The notes: generated by a model from the letters alone, not told the origin. A stretch of 32,000 nucleotides of DNA from an uncultured Clostridia bacterium (GCA_934182605.1 CAKPRQ010000010.1:19111-51110), one strand, 5' to 3'; shown: positions 1 through 9,514, numbered from the stretch's first letter. Numbers and translations: made by a program.

Positions 1-1245
1 TATTACACTTCTTTTTATTTTTTCTGATACACTTTCTTTATTTTCTTTTTTAAATTCAGAATATTCAATTGAAGTAACTTCTACAAATAAATCAAATCTA
101 TCTAATAATGGGCCACTTATTTTTTCCACATATCTTTTTCTACTTCTTTCACTACAAGTACATTTTCTGAGTAATGAACCATAATATCCACAAGAGCATG
201 GATTCATTGCAGCTATTAATATAAAATCGGCAGGATATGTTATTTTAGCTTTTACTCTACTTATAGTTATTTCTTTATCTTCCAAAGGTGTTCTAAGCAT
301 TTCTAATACATTAGATTTATATTCGGTTAACTCATCTAAGAACAAAATTCCTGAATTTGCTAACGTAACTTCTCCTGGTTTTGGAAAATCTCCACCTCCA
401 ATAAGGCCTTTTTCAGATATAGTATAATGTGGGCTTCTAAAAGGTCTTTCAAATATAATTTCTTTGCTATCTTCTCCATATAAACTGTTTATTTTTGTTA
501 CTTCTAAAGCCTCTTCTAAAGTTAAATCTGGTAATATAGTTTTTACTCTTTGAGCCAACATAGTTTTTCCACTACCTGGACTACCAGTCAATAAACAATT
601 ATGACCTCCAGCTATAGCTATTTCTAATGCTCTTTTTGCTTGCTCTTGCCCGAATACTTCTGAGAAATCCATGTTATAATTTTTATCGTTTGTAAACTTA
701 TTATAATCTAATATTTTCACCTTTTTCAATTCTTTTTCTCTATTGAAAAATTCTACTACTTCTTTTAAATTAGATGCTATATAAATATCTATACCATTGA
801 CAAATTTAACTTCATTTTCATTTTCTTTCGGAATAATTATATTATATATTCCTTGTCTCTTTAATTCAATACATATCGCTAATGCTTCACGCACTTTTTT
901 TATTTTACCATCTAATGACAATTCACCTATAATAACATAATCATTAAAGTCCTTATTTCTAATAATTCCTATAGAGCTTAAAATTCCTATTGCTATAGGT
1001 AAGTCAAATAACGCTCCTATTTTTTTAATATTAGCCGGAGCCATATTTACTACTATTCTTTTACTAAAAAAATCATAACCTGAATTTTTTATTGCAATTC
1101 TTACTCTTTCTTTTGCCTCTCTTACTATTGTATCTGGTAGTCCTACTATCTCAAAATATGGTAAACCATTTGAAACATCTACTTGTACAAATACTAAATT
1201 ACCATTAATTCCTACAATAGTCATACTCTTTATAATTGATAACAA
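1..1245 (-). CDS. comM: Mg-chelatase-like AAA+ protein ComM/YifB; the 3' end runs off the window
   Basis: Absent from the ORF track because its stop lies left of position 1. My translation of the reverse strand is open from 1245 down to 1: (TTG)LSIIKSMTIVGINGNLVFVQVDVSNGLPYFEIVGLPDTIVREAKERV ... FGQEQAKRALEIAIAGGHNCLLTGSPGSGKTMLAQR (Walker A) ... GILFLDEL (Walker B) ... AAMNPCSCGYYGS..CTCS ... ISGPLLDRFDLFVEV. GGAGG lies 11 nt upstream of TTG 1245. ATG 1224 is an alternative start. Confidence 0.9.
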   Translation of the reverse strand, partial: MLSIIKSMTIVGINGNLVFVQVDVSNGLPYFEIVGLPDTIVREAKERVRIAIKNSGYDFFSKRIVVNMAPANIKKIGALFDLPIAIGILSSIGIIRNKDFNDYVIIGELSLDGKIKKVREALAICIELKRQGIYNIIIPKENENEVKFVNGIDIYIASNLKEVVEFFNREKELKKVKILDYNKFTNDKNYNMDFSEVFGQEQAKRALEIAIAGGHNCLLTGSPGSGKTMLAQRVKTILPDLTLEEALEVTKINSLYGEDSKEIIFERPFRSPHYTISEKGLIGGGDFPKPGEVTLANSGILFLDELTEYKSNVLEMLRTPLEDKEITISRVKAKITYPADFILIAAMNPCSCGYYGSLLRKCTCSERSRKRYVEKISGPLLDRFDLFVEVTSIEYSEFKKENKESVSEKIKRSVI

Positions 1246-1440
1246 TTTATTCTTTTCCTCCTTATTTGGAAAACATTTTAGTTGACTGACTAAAATTTTA
1301 TATGATACAAAAAAACCTATCAATATATTACCACAATTTGGGAAATTTGTAAAGAAAATTTGTTCGCTAAATTTCGACATATTTTTTAAGAAAAAAATTT
1401 GTTTAATAATCTTGAAGGATAATTACTTAAAATTTATAAA

Positions 1441-1490
1441 TAATATAAAAACTTTTAAATATAAAATTCGTCCGATTTTATATTTAAAAG
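1441..1490 (-). terminator. Rho-independent terminator after the VanW-family gene
   Basis: Perfect 16-bp inverted repeat CTTTTAAATATAAAAT (1452-1467) / ATTTTATATTTAAAAG (1475-1490) with a 7-nt loop. On the minus strand it is followed by TTTTT (1447-1451), 27 nt downstream of the stop at 1517. Confidence 0.7.
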
Positions 1491-1516
1491 CTTACTCATA
1501 AATTATTACGATATTA

Positions 1517-3316
1517 TTAGACTCCTCTTAATACTATTTTATCCATTGCTCTATATGTATCGCTTGATAATTCTGTTCTTGAAACTACTACCCCATTTTG
1601 TTTTACAACTTTATACGTAGTACTTTTACAACCATTTCTACCACTACTTTGCACTTTAGTTTGACCTGGAGCTAATGTTGTAGTATCTTGATATACAGTT
1701 TTAGGATACAAAGTTTGGTGATATACAGTTTCAAATGTAATTGTTGGTTCATTTTCTTCTTTTAAACCATACATTTTCATCGTTACATATCCACCATCCA
1801 CTGTTGATACTATTTTTACAGGATAATCTCTTGTATTTTTAAATCTAAAGTCTATCGAACCATATACTACTGTTGCATCTTGCCCTGCTGGCAAATATCC
1901 TGCTAAAAATAAATGGTTTTCTCTTTCAACTATTTCTAAATTTGATTTAACTACTATATTATATAATGTTGAAGATATCTGACAAATTCCTCCGCCTAGG
2001 CCCTCAACTTCTTGCCCTCCAGAATATACTCCTGCCATTTGGAAACCTGCTTCTATAGTTCTTTCTCCTACCACATCATTATATGAGAATGTTTCTCCAG
2101 GCATTAATACATACCCATTTATTTTAGATGATGCTAATTTTAAATTAGTTGTTCTTCCCACTTTACTTGTTATATATGTTGTTGTACAAGTAGCTAATAA
2201 ATCTGGAAATGCTTCATTTCCTATTTGGTCTGTTGTTACCGATGGTTTTAAGACTTTTAATTTTATTTCATATTGTTCTTGATCTGTTTCTAATAATGCT
2301 TTTGCTTCATCTAAAGAAATATCAAAATCTAATCCATCTTCAGATTCATGTACTTCAAACGGATCTGTAGAATAATATGCATCTACTGGAGCTTTGTAAA
2401 CTTCATTATATATTTTTTCAATATCTATTGCAGCAGGCTCACTAACTATTACACCTACTTGTATTGGTTCAAAACTTCTATTATTTATACTCTCTAATAG
2501 TGATGTTTTTAATTCATCAGCCTTAACCTCTATTCCTCTATTTCCCTTTTTTATAATTACTTTATCTTCCAATATTTCATAACTAGATGGTACTAAGCTT
2601 GAGAATTGTGAATTTATTTCGTTTATAAAATTATCTAACTTTTCTTCTTCATACTCATAACTTAAGTCTATATTAGTATCGGAAAAAAAAGTTTTTACCA
2701 TATTTATATTATTTTCAAATATATTTCCAATTCTACCTATACGATAAGCTTCTTCTACTACATTTTCTATATTATATTTTACACCTAAATCTAAAGGCTT
2801 TATTTTTGATTCTTTACCATCATATTGTATTAATATTTCTTGATTTAATACATTTTCTATTTCACTATTTAATTTATTAATTGCCTCTTCTTTAGTTAAA
2901 TTTGACACATCTACTCCAGCTATATAAATATTAGAAAATATTTTTTTATAGAAAATATTATAGCATACTACTATCGATAAAAATATAATTATAATACTAA
3001 GAAAACTTATTAAAACATATACAAGCGGATTTCTTTTCTTAGTTTCATTTTTTACTACTAAGTATTCATCATTTTCCTCTATATCTTTTTCTTCATCTTC
3101 AACCGCTTTTATTGGATCGTTATTTTCTTCTTTTTTCACAATGTCTATACTAATAGTATTTTCCAATGTTTCTTCTTGCTTTTCTTTTAATTTTTCCGGT
3201 TCCTTACCTTCGATTAATTTTTCAAACTCTTCTTTTTTTTCTTCTATAACATCCAAATTGTTTTCGCTATTATCTATTTTATTTTCGCTTTGCACTTTAC
3301 TTTTTGATACACTCAT
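1517..3316 (-). CDS. VanW-family protein with acidic N-terminal tail, one TM segment and a C-terminal G5-like domain
   Basis: 599-aa ORF. It has an E/K-rich N-terminus, then the TM segment LVYVLISFLSIIIIFLSIVVCYNIF. The VanW-core-like region is GETFSYNDVVGERT..GF..A...GGQEVEGLGGGICQISSTLYN. The C-terminus APGQTKVQSSGRNGCKSTTYKVVKQNGVVVSRTELSSDTY is typical of G5 domains. Confidence 0.8.
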   Translation of the reverse strand: MSVSKSKVQSENKIDNSENNLDVIEEKKEEFEKLIEGKEPEKLKEKQEETLENTISIDIVKKEENNDPIKAVEDEEKDIEENDEYLVVKNETKKRNPLVYVLISFLSIIIIFLSIVVCYNIFYKKIFSNIYIAGVDVSNLTKEEAINKLNSEIENVLNQEILIQYDGKESKIKPLDLGVKYNIENVVEEAYRIGRIGNIFENNINMVKTFFSDTNIDLSYEYEEEKLDNFINEINSQFSSLVPSSYEILEDKVIIKKGNRGIEVKADELKTSLLESINNRSFEPIQVGVIVSEPAAIDIEKIYNEVYKAPVDAYYSTDPFEVHESEDGLDFDISLDEAKALLETDQEQYEIKLKVLKPSVTTDQIGNEAFPDLLATCTTTYITSKVGRTTNLKLASSKINGYVLMPGETFSYNDVVGERTIEAGFQMAGVYSGGQEVEGLGGGICQISSTLYNIVVKSNLEIVERENHLFLAGYLPAGQDATVVYGSIDFRFKNTRDYPVKIVSTVDGGYVTMKMYGLKEENEPTITFETVYHQTLYPKTVYQDTTTLAPGQTKVQSSGRNGCKSTTYKVVKQNGVVVSRTELSSDTYRAMDKIVLRGV

Positions 3317-3409
3317 ATTCTCTCCTATTTTTCAATTATAATCTCGTATTATAATCTTACCATAAAACTTATAATTCTACAATATTTTTATACAAATTTT
3401 TATAAAATA

Positions 3410-3595
3410 TTAATAGAACACACTTGTCAATGGTTCATTTAAAGCTTTTGCTATATCTTTCATAATATTTAAAGAAGGATTCTGTCTTTCGTTTTTTTCT
3501 AATAAGTATATATAACTACTACTTATTTTACTAGTATATGAGATATATTTAACAGGTATACCTTTTTTTCTTCTAATTTCTTTTATATTATTCAT
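3410..3595 (-). CDS. Small XRE-family HTH protein (Cro-like), 61 aa
   Basis: HTH core: IKEIRRKKGIPVKYISYTSKISSSYIYLLEKNERQNPSLNIMKDIAKALNEPL. The tracked ORF extends to 3679, but GAAGGTGA precedes the ATG at 3595, so I prefer the shorter form. It is divergent from the S24 repressor gene. Confidence 0.65.
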   Translation of the reverse strand: MNNIKEIRRKKGIPVKYISYTSKISSSYIYLLEKNERQNPSLNIMKDIAKALNEPLTSVFY

Positions 3596-3763
3596 AATAT
3601 CACCTTCACGTACATTTGTTTGCATTATTATACCATGAACTTTATTTCTGGTCAAGAGATAAAGTATATTTTTCAACATTTTTCGTTTTTTTTATTTACT
3701 ACTAGACAAATTCATTTTTTTTTTGTATAATATATCTATATTATTTTTTAAGGAGCTATAATT

Positions 3764-4330
3764 ATGATAGGTGAAATGATTGCAAAAATTAGAAAAGAAA
3801 AAGGAATGACTAAAACAGAATTATCTAAACTTACTAATATTAACATTGGTCATCTTACACATATTGAAAAAGGTGAAAGAAACCCAAGCCAAAAAGCTTT
3901 AAAAAATATTTGTCAAGCTTTAAAAGTACCTTACCAACAATTGATGTGCACATATGGAAAAAATATTAATGAAGATCAACAAAAATATGGCCTAATAGAT
4001 TATATTCCTTATAATAAGGTATTAGCTATAGATAATATCAATGGACTTATAACTTGTCCTCCAGAAGCTCCAAGTGCTTCAATAGCTTTAAGGGTTAACG
4101 ATGATGCAATGAAAAACTCTTTAGAAAAGAACTCATATGTATTTGTTGAATTTAATGCACCATTAAATCATAAAGATATAGGTGTTTTCTGTTTAAATGA
4201 TGAAATTATGATAAGAAAATTCATATTAAAAAAAGACAAAATTATTTTAAGAGCTGAAAATAAATTTTATGAAGAAATAACTGTTAAAAATGATGACGAT
4301 TTTTATATAATTGGAAAAGTTTTCATATAA
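3764..4330 (+). CDS. XRE HTH plus LexA/CI-type S24 peptidase-fold repressor; catalytic Ser replaced by Ala
   Basis: N-terminal HTH: IRKEKGMTKTELSKLTNINIGHLTHIEKGERNPSQKAL. The C-terminal S24-like domain RVNDDAMKNSL...IMIRKFILKKDKIILRAEN has DDAM in the position of the GDSM nucleophile motif (Ala codon GCA at 4106-4108). AGGAG RBS lies upstream of ATG 3764. Confidence 0.8.
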   Translation: MIGEMIAKIRKEKGMTKTELSKLTNINIGHLTHIEKGERNPSQKALKNICQALKVPYQQLMCTYGKNINEDQQKYGLIDYIPYNKVLAIDNINGLITCPPEAPSASIALRVNDDAMKNSLEKNSYVFVEFNAPLNHKDIGVFCLNDEIMIRKFILKKDKIILRAENKFYEEITVKNDDDFYIIGKVFI

Positions 4331-4419
4331 TTTTTAAAAATTTTTGAAAAAACACTTGTATTTTTTTTAATAAAGTAATATAATGTAAAAAATTGAGAAG
4401 AACAAAAGGAGAAAATAAT

Positions 4420-4890
4420 ATGGAACTTATAAAAAATATTTTTTTTAATACTGATAAATTAACACAAAATAGCAAAGTTAAAATTTCTTATACTGGAAAA
4501 CTTTTTCAAGATAATTCACAAGAAGTTTATATCCATTATGGTTTTGGATTATTATGGGAAAATTTAAATGAAGTTAAAATGGAAAAAACCGACTTAGGAT
4601 TCCAAGCTGAAATTGATTTGATTGATAAAGAGACATTTAATTTCTGTTTTAAAAATGAATTAGATATTTGGGATAATAATGACGGTAAAAACTATATTTT
4701 TGAACTAGAGGAAGTTTCAAATGATTTAGTTTCTGTTGATGATGTTGAATCTTCTATACATACACCTATAGAACAAAATAGGTTCTATCAATTATCTAAA
4801 AAAATAAAATTAGCTATATATAAAATAATTACATCTATTCCTAAATTAATTTCTGGAACATATAAAAGAAAAAGAAGCGAAGAAAATTAA
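4420..4890 (+). CDS. Hypothetical protein with a CBM25/CBM53-like carbohydrate-binding signature
   Basis: AGGAG lies 8 nt upstream of ATG 4420 (the tracked ORF starts at 4393). YIHYGFGLLWENLNEVKM...DIWDNNDGKNYIF resembles the W..W...WDNN.G.NY pattern of starch-binding modules. The family call rests on motif memory only. Confidence 0.45.
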   Translation: MELIKNIFFNTDKLTQNSKVKISYTGKLFQDNSQEVYIHYGFGLLWENLNEVKMEKTDLGFQAEIDLIDKETFNFCFKNELDIWDNNDGKNYIFELEEVSNDLVSVDDVESSIHTPIEQNRFYQLSKKIKLAIYKIITSIPKLISGTYKRKRSEEN

Positions 4891-4910
4891 AATACTTAAG
4901 AACTATGAAT

Positions 4911-5204
4911 TTAATCATAGTTCTTATTCTTATTTACAGCATTTTCAATTATTTTAGCAAATATATAATCAAAATTATTAATAAACCCAAATTTTAAGAT
5001 TACTTTTTTTCTTAAATCAATTAACTTTTTTTCATATTCTTTATATAAAACTAAATATATATTTAGTTCTTTTTCATTTAATTCATTTCTTTCCAATTGA
5101 ACATTAATATTATTTTCTCTTAATTTTGCAAATAATTCTTCTACTATAATTGTAACTTCTTTATTTAAATAATTTTCTACCATATTTGTTTCTTTATCTT
5201 TCAT
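4911..5204 (-). CDS. Hypothetical protein, 97 aa, helical
   Basis: GGAGG lies 5 nt upstream of ATG 5204 (the tracked ORF extends to 5252). I recognise no motif. An ORF this long is unlikely by chance in sequence this AT-rich. Confidence 0.45.
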   Translation of the reverse strand: MKDKETNMVENYLNKEVTIIVEELFAKLRENNINVQLERNELNEKELNIYLVLYKEYEKKLIDLRKKVILKFGFINNFDYIFAKIIENAVNKNKNYD

Positions 5205-5374
5205 TACTACCTCCACATACATTATAGCACAAAAGTATGCTGATAGCAACATTTTAGTACTAATAGTATGTTCACTTTTTTATTATAATAATATAAACTA
5301 TAAGTAATTATAAAAATATTATACCTAATTAAATAATATTTTATACATTAATGTACAAAGAAATGGAGGAATAT

Positions 5375-5692
5375 ATGGATTACGTTAATTTAGGTATTAG
5401 AATTAAACAAAAGAGAACCGAATTGAATTTAACTCAGGAAAAACTTGCAGAAAAAGCTAAAATTTCAACTGCCTATATGGGACAGATTGAACGCGGTGAA
5501 AAACGATTAAGTCTTGATAATTTTGTAAACATCGCAAATGCTCTAAATTGTTCAACAGACGAATTATTAAGAGGAAGTACAGAAAAGAATAGTAACGCTA
5601 GATTTAATGAAATATTTTCTATTTTAAAAAATTCAACTAATAAAGATTTAGAACAAGCAATTGATATTTTAAAAATATTATCAAGAAAGTAA
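5375..5692 (+). CDS. XRE-family HTH transcriptional regulator
   Basis: HTH core: LGIRIKQKRTELNLTQEKLAEKAKISTAYMGQIERGEKRLSLDNFVNIANALNCSTDELL. GGAGG precedes ATG 5375 (the tracked ORF starts at 5351). Confidence 0.75.
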   Translation: MDYVNLGIRIKQKRTELNLTQEKLAEKAKISTAYMGQIERGEKRLSLDNFVNIANALNCSTDELLRGSTEKNSNARFNEIFSILKNSTNKDLEQAIDILKILSRK

Positions 5693-5814
5693 AAGAAAAA
5701 TAATATTTATTTATTATTATGGTAAATGAATATTATTTTTTACGGTATATTTATACAAATTTACAGAAGTTTAACAAATTTTTCACAAATATTACAAAAA
5801 ATAGAAAAAAAGTA

Positions 5815-5843
5815 TTGACATTTTAAAAAAAATAGTGTATTAT
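5815..5843 (+). promoter_or_regulatory. Sigma-A-type promoter for the tRNA cluster
   Basis: TTGACA (5815-5820), a 17-nt spacer, then TATTAT (5838-5843), about 40 nt upstream of tRNA-Lys. Confidence 0.6.
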
Positions 5844-5883
5844 ATATAGGTATTCGCAAATAATAACAACAAATTGGTATTAT

Positions 5884-5959
5884 GGGCTATTAGCTCAGTT
5901 GGCAGAGCACTTGACTTTTAATCAAGTTGTCCCGCGTTCGAATCGCGGATAGCTCACCA
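5884..5959 (+). tRNA. tRNA-Lys (anticodon UUU)
   Basis: Cloverleaf read by eye. Acceptor GGGCTAT/ATAGCTC, anticodon arm CTTGA-CTTTTAA-TCAAG, T-loop GTTCGAATC, encoded CCA. Confidence 0.9.
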
Positions 5960-5963
5960 TTAC

Positions 5964-6038
5964 GGCCCGTTGGTCAAGAGGTTAAGACACCGCCCTTTCA
6001 CGGCGGAGTCATGGGTTCGATTCCCGTACGGGTCACCA
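5964..6038 (+). tRNA. tRNA-Glu (anticodon UUC)
   Basis: Acceptor GGCCCGT/ACGGGTC, anticodon arm CCGCC-CTTTCAC-GGCGG, T-loop GGTTCGATTCC, encoded CCA. Confidence 0.9.
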
Positions 6039-6042
6039 ATTT

Positions 6043-6118
<76 letters not shown>

Positions 6119-6123
6119 ATTGT

Positions 6124-6156
6124 AAAAAACCTAGATAACTAGGTTTTTTCTTTTTA
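6124..6156 (+). terminator. Rho-independent terminator of the tRNA cluster
   Basis: AAAAACCTAG-ATAA-CTAGGTTTTT hairpin followed by TCTTTTT. Confidence 0.75.
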
Positions 6157-6388
6157 TAAATTTTTTGAACACAACAACTTAGGTTAAATACTATTATAAG
6201 AATATGTTTTTTATCACTAATATTTTTAGTCATTCTATAATTCTCAATATCTTTTTATTTGTGAAGTTTCCCTTGTACTATTTTAATAAATATGTTATAT
6301 TGTTGTACAACAATAATGAAGGTTTAGTTAAAAAAATTTTTTTATAACTATATATGCCTTTAAAAATTGAGAAAGGAAGATTTTTTCT

Positions 6389-6927
6389 ATGAATGCAATA
6401 ATTCCATTTTTATTTTTAATAGGAATAGTTTTTTTAATATATATTTTTGCAAGAGAAATTAAATATTATTTTTTGAAGAAAATAAAAAGAGCAGATATAA
6501 TTATCAAAATCAATATAGAAAAAAAGATTATATATTAACAGCCACTGAATTAAAATTTTATAAGCAACTATTAAAATTAACTACTCAATATAGTTATGTA
6601 TTATTAACACAAATCCCATTATATAGCTTGATAAATACCAAGAATACTATTTATAAGCAACCAGCTTTTAATAAAATTAAAAGTAAATCTATAGATTTTG
6701 TTATCGCCACACATAATTTAAAACCTATTTTATGTATCGAGTTAGATGACTACACTCATAATTATAAAAAGAGAATAGAACGAGATGTTTTCATTAATGA
6801 CTTATTTAATGATATTAATATAAAACTATTAAGAATTAAAGTTCAACGATATTATAATTTAGAAGAGATTAAAAATTATTTACAAGCTATTCAAAATCCT
6901 ACAGAAAAACTTGAAAAGTTATTATAA
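6389..6927 (+). pseudogene. DUF2726-family protein, reading frame broken once
   Basis: ATG 6389 opens a TM segment (MNAIIPFLFLIGIVFLIYIFAREIKYYF) that stops at 6536-6538. A second frame, open from 6463, reads NKKSRYNYQNQYRKKDYILTATELKFYKQLLKLTTQYSYVLLTQIPLYSLI...SIDFVIATHNLKPILCIELDDYTHNYKKRIERDVFINDLFNDINIKLLRI (DUF2726 core). The frames overlap around the T6 run (6469-6474) and the A5 run (6484-6488). Confidence 0.65.
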
Positions 6928-6989
6928 ATATGATATATAAAGTATCATCAAAAATTTATTAAAAATATATACAATTAAAGGAGTAAATT

Positions 6990-7652
6990 ATGAACTATTT
7001 TAAATCTATTATTGCAGAAGAAAGTCAAAAAGATTATTATAAAAAATTGCACGATTTTGTTGACAATGAATATAGAACTAAAACTATTTATCCACCAAGA
7101 GATAAAATATTTTTCGCATTAAAAAGTACTCCATATGAACAAGTTAAAGTGGTAATAATAGGTCAAGATCCTTATCATGGTGAAGGCGAAGCACATGGAA
7201 TGTGTTTTTCTGTAAATCCTGGCATTAAAATACCACCATCTCTCCAAAATATATATAAAGAAATTCATAGAGATTTGGGCTGTAAAATACCTAATAATGG
7301 ATATTTGCTTAAATGGGCTGAACAAGGTGTTCTAATGTTAAATAGTGTTTTAACTGTTGAAAAAGATAGACCTGCTTCTCATAAAGGCCGAGGATGGGAA
7401 ATATTTACTGACAAAATTATAGAAGAAATAAATAAAAAAGATACACCTGTAGTTTTCTTATTATGGGGAAATTTTGCAAAACAGAAACAAGTCTTAATAA
7501 CAAATCCAATCCATTTAGTATTAACATCCTCTCATCCTAGTCCTTTTTCTGTTAATTATGGTTTTAATGGATGCGGACATTTTTCTAAAACCAATAATTT
7601 CTTAAAACAAAATGGTATAACTCCAATTGATTGGCAAATAGAAAATATATAA
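6990..7652 (+). CDS. ung: Uracil-DNA glycosylase
   Basis: VVIIGQDPYHGEGEAHGMCFSV, PPSLQNIYKE, GVLMLNSVLTV and HPSPFS are family-1 UDG motifs. AGGAG RBS present. Confidence 0.95.
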   Translation: MNYFKSIIAEESQKDYYKKLHDFVDNEYRTKTIYPPRDKIFFALKSTPYEQVKVVIIGQDPYHGEGEAHGMCFSVNPGIKIPPSLQNIYKEIHRDLGCKIPNNGYLLKWAEQGVLMLNSVLTVEKDRPASHKGRGWEIFTDKIIEEINKKDTPVVFLLWGNFAKQKQVLITNPIHLVLTSSHPSPFSVNYGFNGCGHFSKTNNFLKQNGITPIDWQIENI

Positions 7653-7661
7653 AAAGTTTAA

Positions 7662-7708
7662 AAATACTAATAACTATTAAGTACACTAATTTACAGTTAT
7701 TAGTATTT
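7662..7708. terminator. Bidirectional hairpin between convergent ung and the deaminase gene
   Basis: Perfect 14-bp inverted repeat AAATACTAATAACT (7662-7675) / AGTTATTAGTATTT (7695-7708) with a 19-nt loop. It is flanked by an A-run on the left and TTTT on the right. Confidence 0.55.
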
Positions 7709-7720
7709 TCTAATTCTTTT

Positions 7721-8197
7721 CTATTCTCTTAAAGTATCATCATTTTCTATCCAATCTTTTACTAATTCCACTCTATAATCTGTTTTTGTATCTCTCATTA
7801 CAACCTTTTCTATACCTGCATTTATAATCATTCTTTTACAAAATGTACAAGGCTTGTTATCTTTTACATATTCCCCATTTCTTTTATTTACACCAGTTAG
7901 ATATAGAGTTCCCCCAATCATATCTCTTCTACTTGCACTTATAATAGCATTTTGTTCACTGTGAACAGATCTACATATTTCATATCCCATTCCACTTGGC
8001 ATTTTAGCATTTTGTCTTGTACAATATCCCAGATCTAAACAATTTTTTCTTCCTCTTGGTGCACCAGTATACCCAGTTGAAATAATTTCATCATTTTTTA
8101 CAATAACACTACCATAATTATTTCTTAAACAAGTGCCACGTTCTGCAACACTTTCCGCTATATCTAAATAATAATTAACTTTATCAATTCTTTCCAT
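7721..8197 (-). CDS. dCMP deaminase / ComEB-family zinc deaminase
   Basis: VHSEQNAI (HxE) and PCTFCKRMI (PCxxC) zinc motifs, plus YEICRSVH, typical of the dCMP-deaminase branch. AAGAGG RBS present. Confidence 0.85.
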   Translation of the reverse strand: MERIDKVNYYLDIAESVAERGTCLRNNYGSVIVKNDEIISTGYTGAPRGRKNCLDLGYCTRQNAKMPSGMGYEICRSVHSEQNAIISASRRDMIGGTLYLTGVNKRNGEYVKDNKPCTFCKRMIINAGIEKVVMRDTKTDYRVELVKDWIENDDTLRE

Positions 8198-8199
8198 AC

Positions 8200-8937
8200 C
8201 TAATACCTCTTATATATTAAATTATTTATACTTTCATATTCTATAACTTCTACACCATTTGTTAAAATGTCCCCTACTGGTAATTCTAATTCAACGTTTG
8301 TTTTATATCTGTTTCCATCAAATATTTCTAATAATATATCAAATTTTATTTTAAATTTAATTTCGTCATTTTTTATATTTTCTAAATTTAATATTCTCCC
8401 ATCATAATTAATTTCCTCTTCATTAGATTCATATGTACCCAAATCATTATTTATTATTCTAAGACCTATATTCCCGCCTTGATTAGAAATTGTCAACTCT
8501 TCTAAAGATGTACTTTCCCCTCCTATAAATTTATATTGATTTAAATTTTCTATAATATAATTATTACTAGTATCTTCATTTTTAATAATTCTGCAAAAAT
8601 TAATATTTCCTTTTTCTGGATAAGTTAATTCAAAATTTTCTAAAATGACATTTTCTAAAATATTATTTTGTAAATTTTCATTTTTTGAAATTGTGATATA
8701 AATATCATTAATTTGTAATAAATCACCTTTCCATAAGAATTCTGTATTATTTTCGTCCTGTAATCCATCTGCTGTACTTACTAACGATATTTTATCTATA
8801 TAGAAAGGTAAATCTTCTCTCTTCTCGCCCTCTAATTCATATTTCAATATAATTAAAAATATTATAAATATTAAAATAAAAATAATAGCTAATATTAATG
8901 ATGTTTTAAAATATTTTTTTATTTTATAATTTTCCAA
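8200..8937 (-). CDS. Membrane-anchored hypothetical protein (N-terminal TM, beta-rich ectodomain)
   Basis: 245-aa ORF with TM segment LILAIIFILIFIIFLIILKY. It overlaps the tadA stop by 14 nt and ends 2 nt before the deaminase start, so it is operonic. Confidence 0.6.
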   Translation of the reverse strand: MENYKIKKYFKTSLILAIIFILIFIIFLIILKYELEGEKREDLPFYIDKISLVSTADGLQDENNTEFLWKGDLLQINDIYITISKNENLQNNILENVILENFELTYPEKGNINFCRIIKNEDTSNNYIIENLNQYKFIGGESTSLEELTISNQGGNIGLRIINNDLGTYESNEEEINYDGRILNLENIKNDEIKFKIKFDILLEIFDGNRYKTNVELELPVGDILTNGVEVIEYESINNLIYKRY

Positions 8938-9397
8938 ATTTTTCTCCTTTACTTTTTCTTAAATTTTTAAAAAAATCTTTAATTATTCTTTCACATTCTT
9001 CTTTTAAAATTCCTTTTTCATATTCTACTTTATAATTATGAGTATATTCCTTAAAAACATTTAGTACAGAACCTACTGCTCCCATTCTATTATCATCTGT
9101 TCCAATATATACCTTCTTTATTCGAGATGATAAAATCGCTCCTGCACACATAATGCAAGGCTCTACAGTTACATACATTTCACAATCTATAAGACGCCAA
9201 TTATCTAATTTTTTACTAGCTTTTTCTATTGCAATAATTTCAGCATGTTTTATTGCACTTTTCTTAATTTCTTTTTTATTATACCCTCTTGCAATAATTT
9301 TTCCATCTTTTACTATTACTGCACCAATTGGGATTTCATCTATTTTTAAGGCTTTTTTAGCTTCTTTTAATGCCTCTTTCATAAATTTTTCTTCCAT
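8924..9397 (-). CDS. tadA: tRNA adenosine(34) deaminase
   Basis: MKEALKEAKKA..EIPIGAVIV, HAEIIAIEKA (HAE) and PCIMCAGAI (PCxxC), at the typical TadA length. Confidence 0.9.
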   Translation of the reverse strand: MEEKFMKEALKEAKKALKIDEIPIGAVIVKDGKIIARGYNKKEIKKSAIKHAEIIAIEKASKKLDNWRLIDCEMYVTVEPCIMCAGAILSSRIKKVYIGTDDNRMGAVGSVLNVFKEYTHNYKVEYEKGILKEECERIIKDFFKNLRKSKGEKFGKL

Positions 9398-9514
9398 ATA
9401 TATTTTTCCCTTATTCTTTAAATAATATGATATATTATAGCATTAATATATCTTTAATGCAACTTTATTTTTTATATTGAACTTATTTTTAATTATTCAT
9501 TTTTTCTTGTTATT

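Noticed and set aside
3141-3341. Other short antisense ORFs in the track (3141-3341, 7119-7325, 9153-9425, 16593-16838, 16911-17195, 22211-22393, 25487-25678, 26021-26287, 26340-26636, 31389-31870)
   Set aside because: Each lies wholly inside, or overlaps the end of, a well-supported gene on the opposite strand. The translations are low-complexity, and I treat them as frame shadows.
6990-9397. Two CDA-fold deaminases flanking a membrane protein, convergent with ung, considered as a DNA-deaminase toxin/immunity or diversification module
   Set aside because: Both deaminases carry the full signatures and lengths of housekeeping families (TadA; dCMP deaminase/ComEB). ung is a standard family-1 UDG. 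Nothing suggests a toxin domain.
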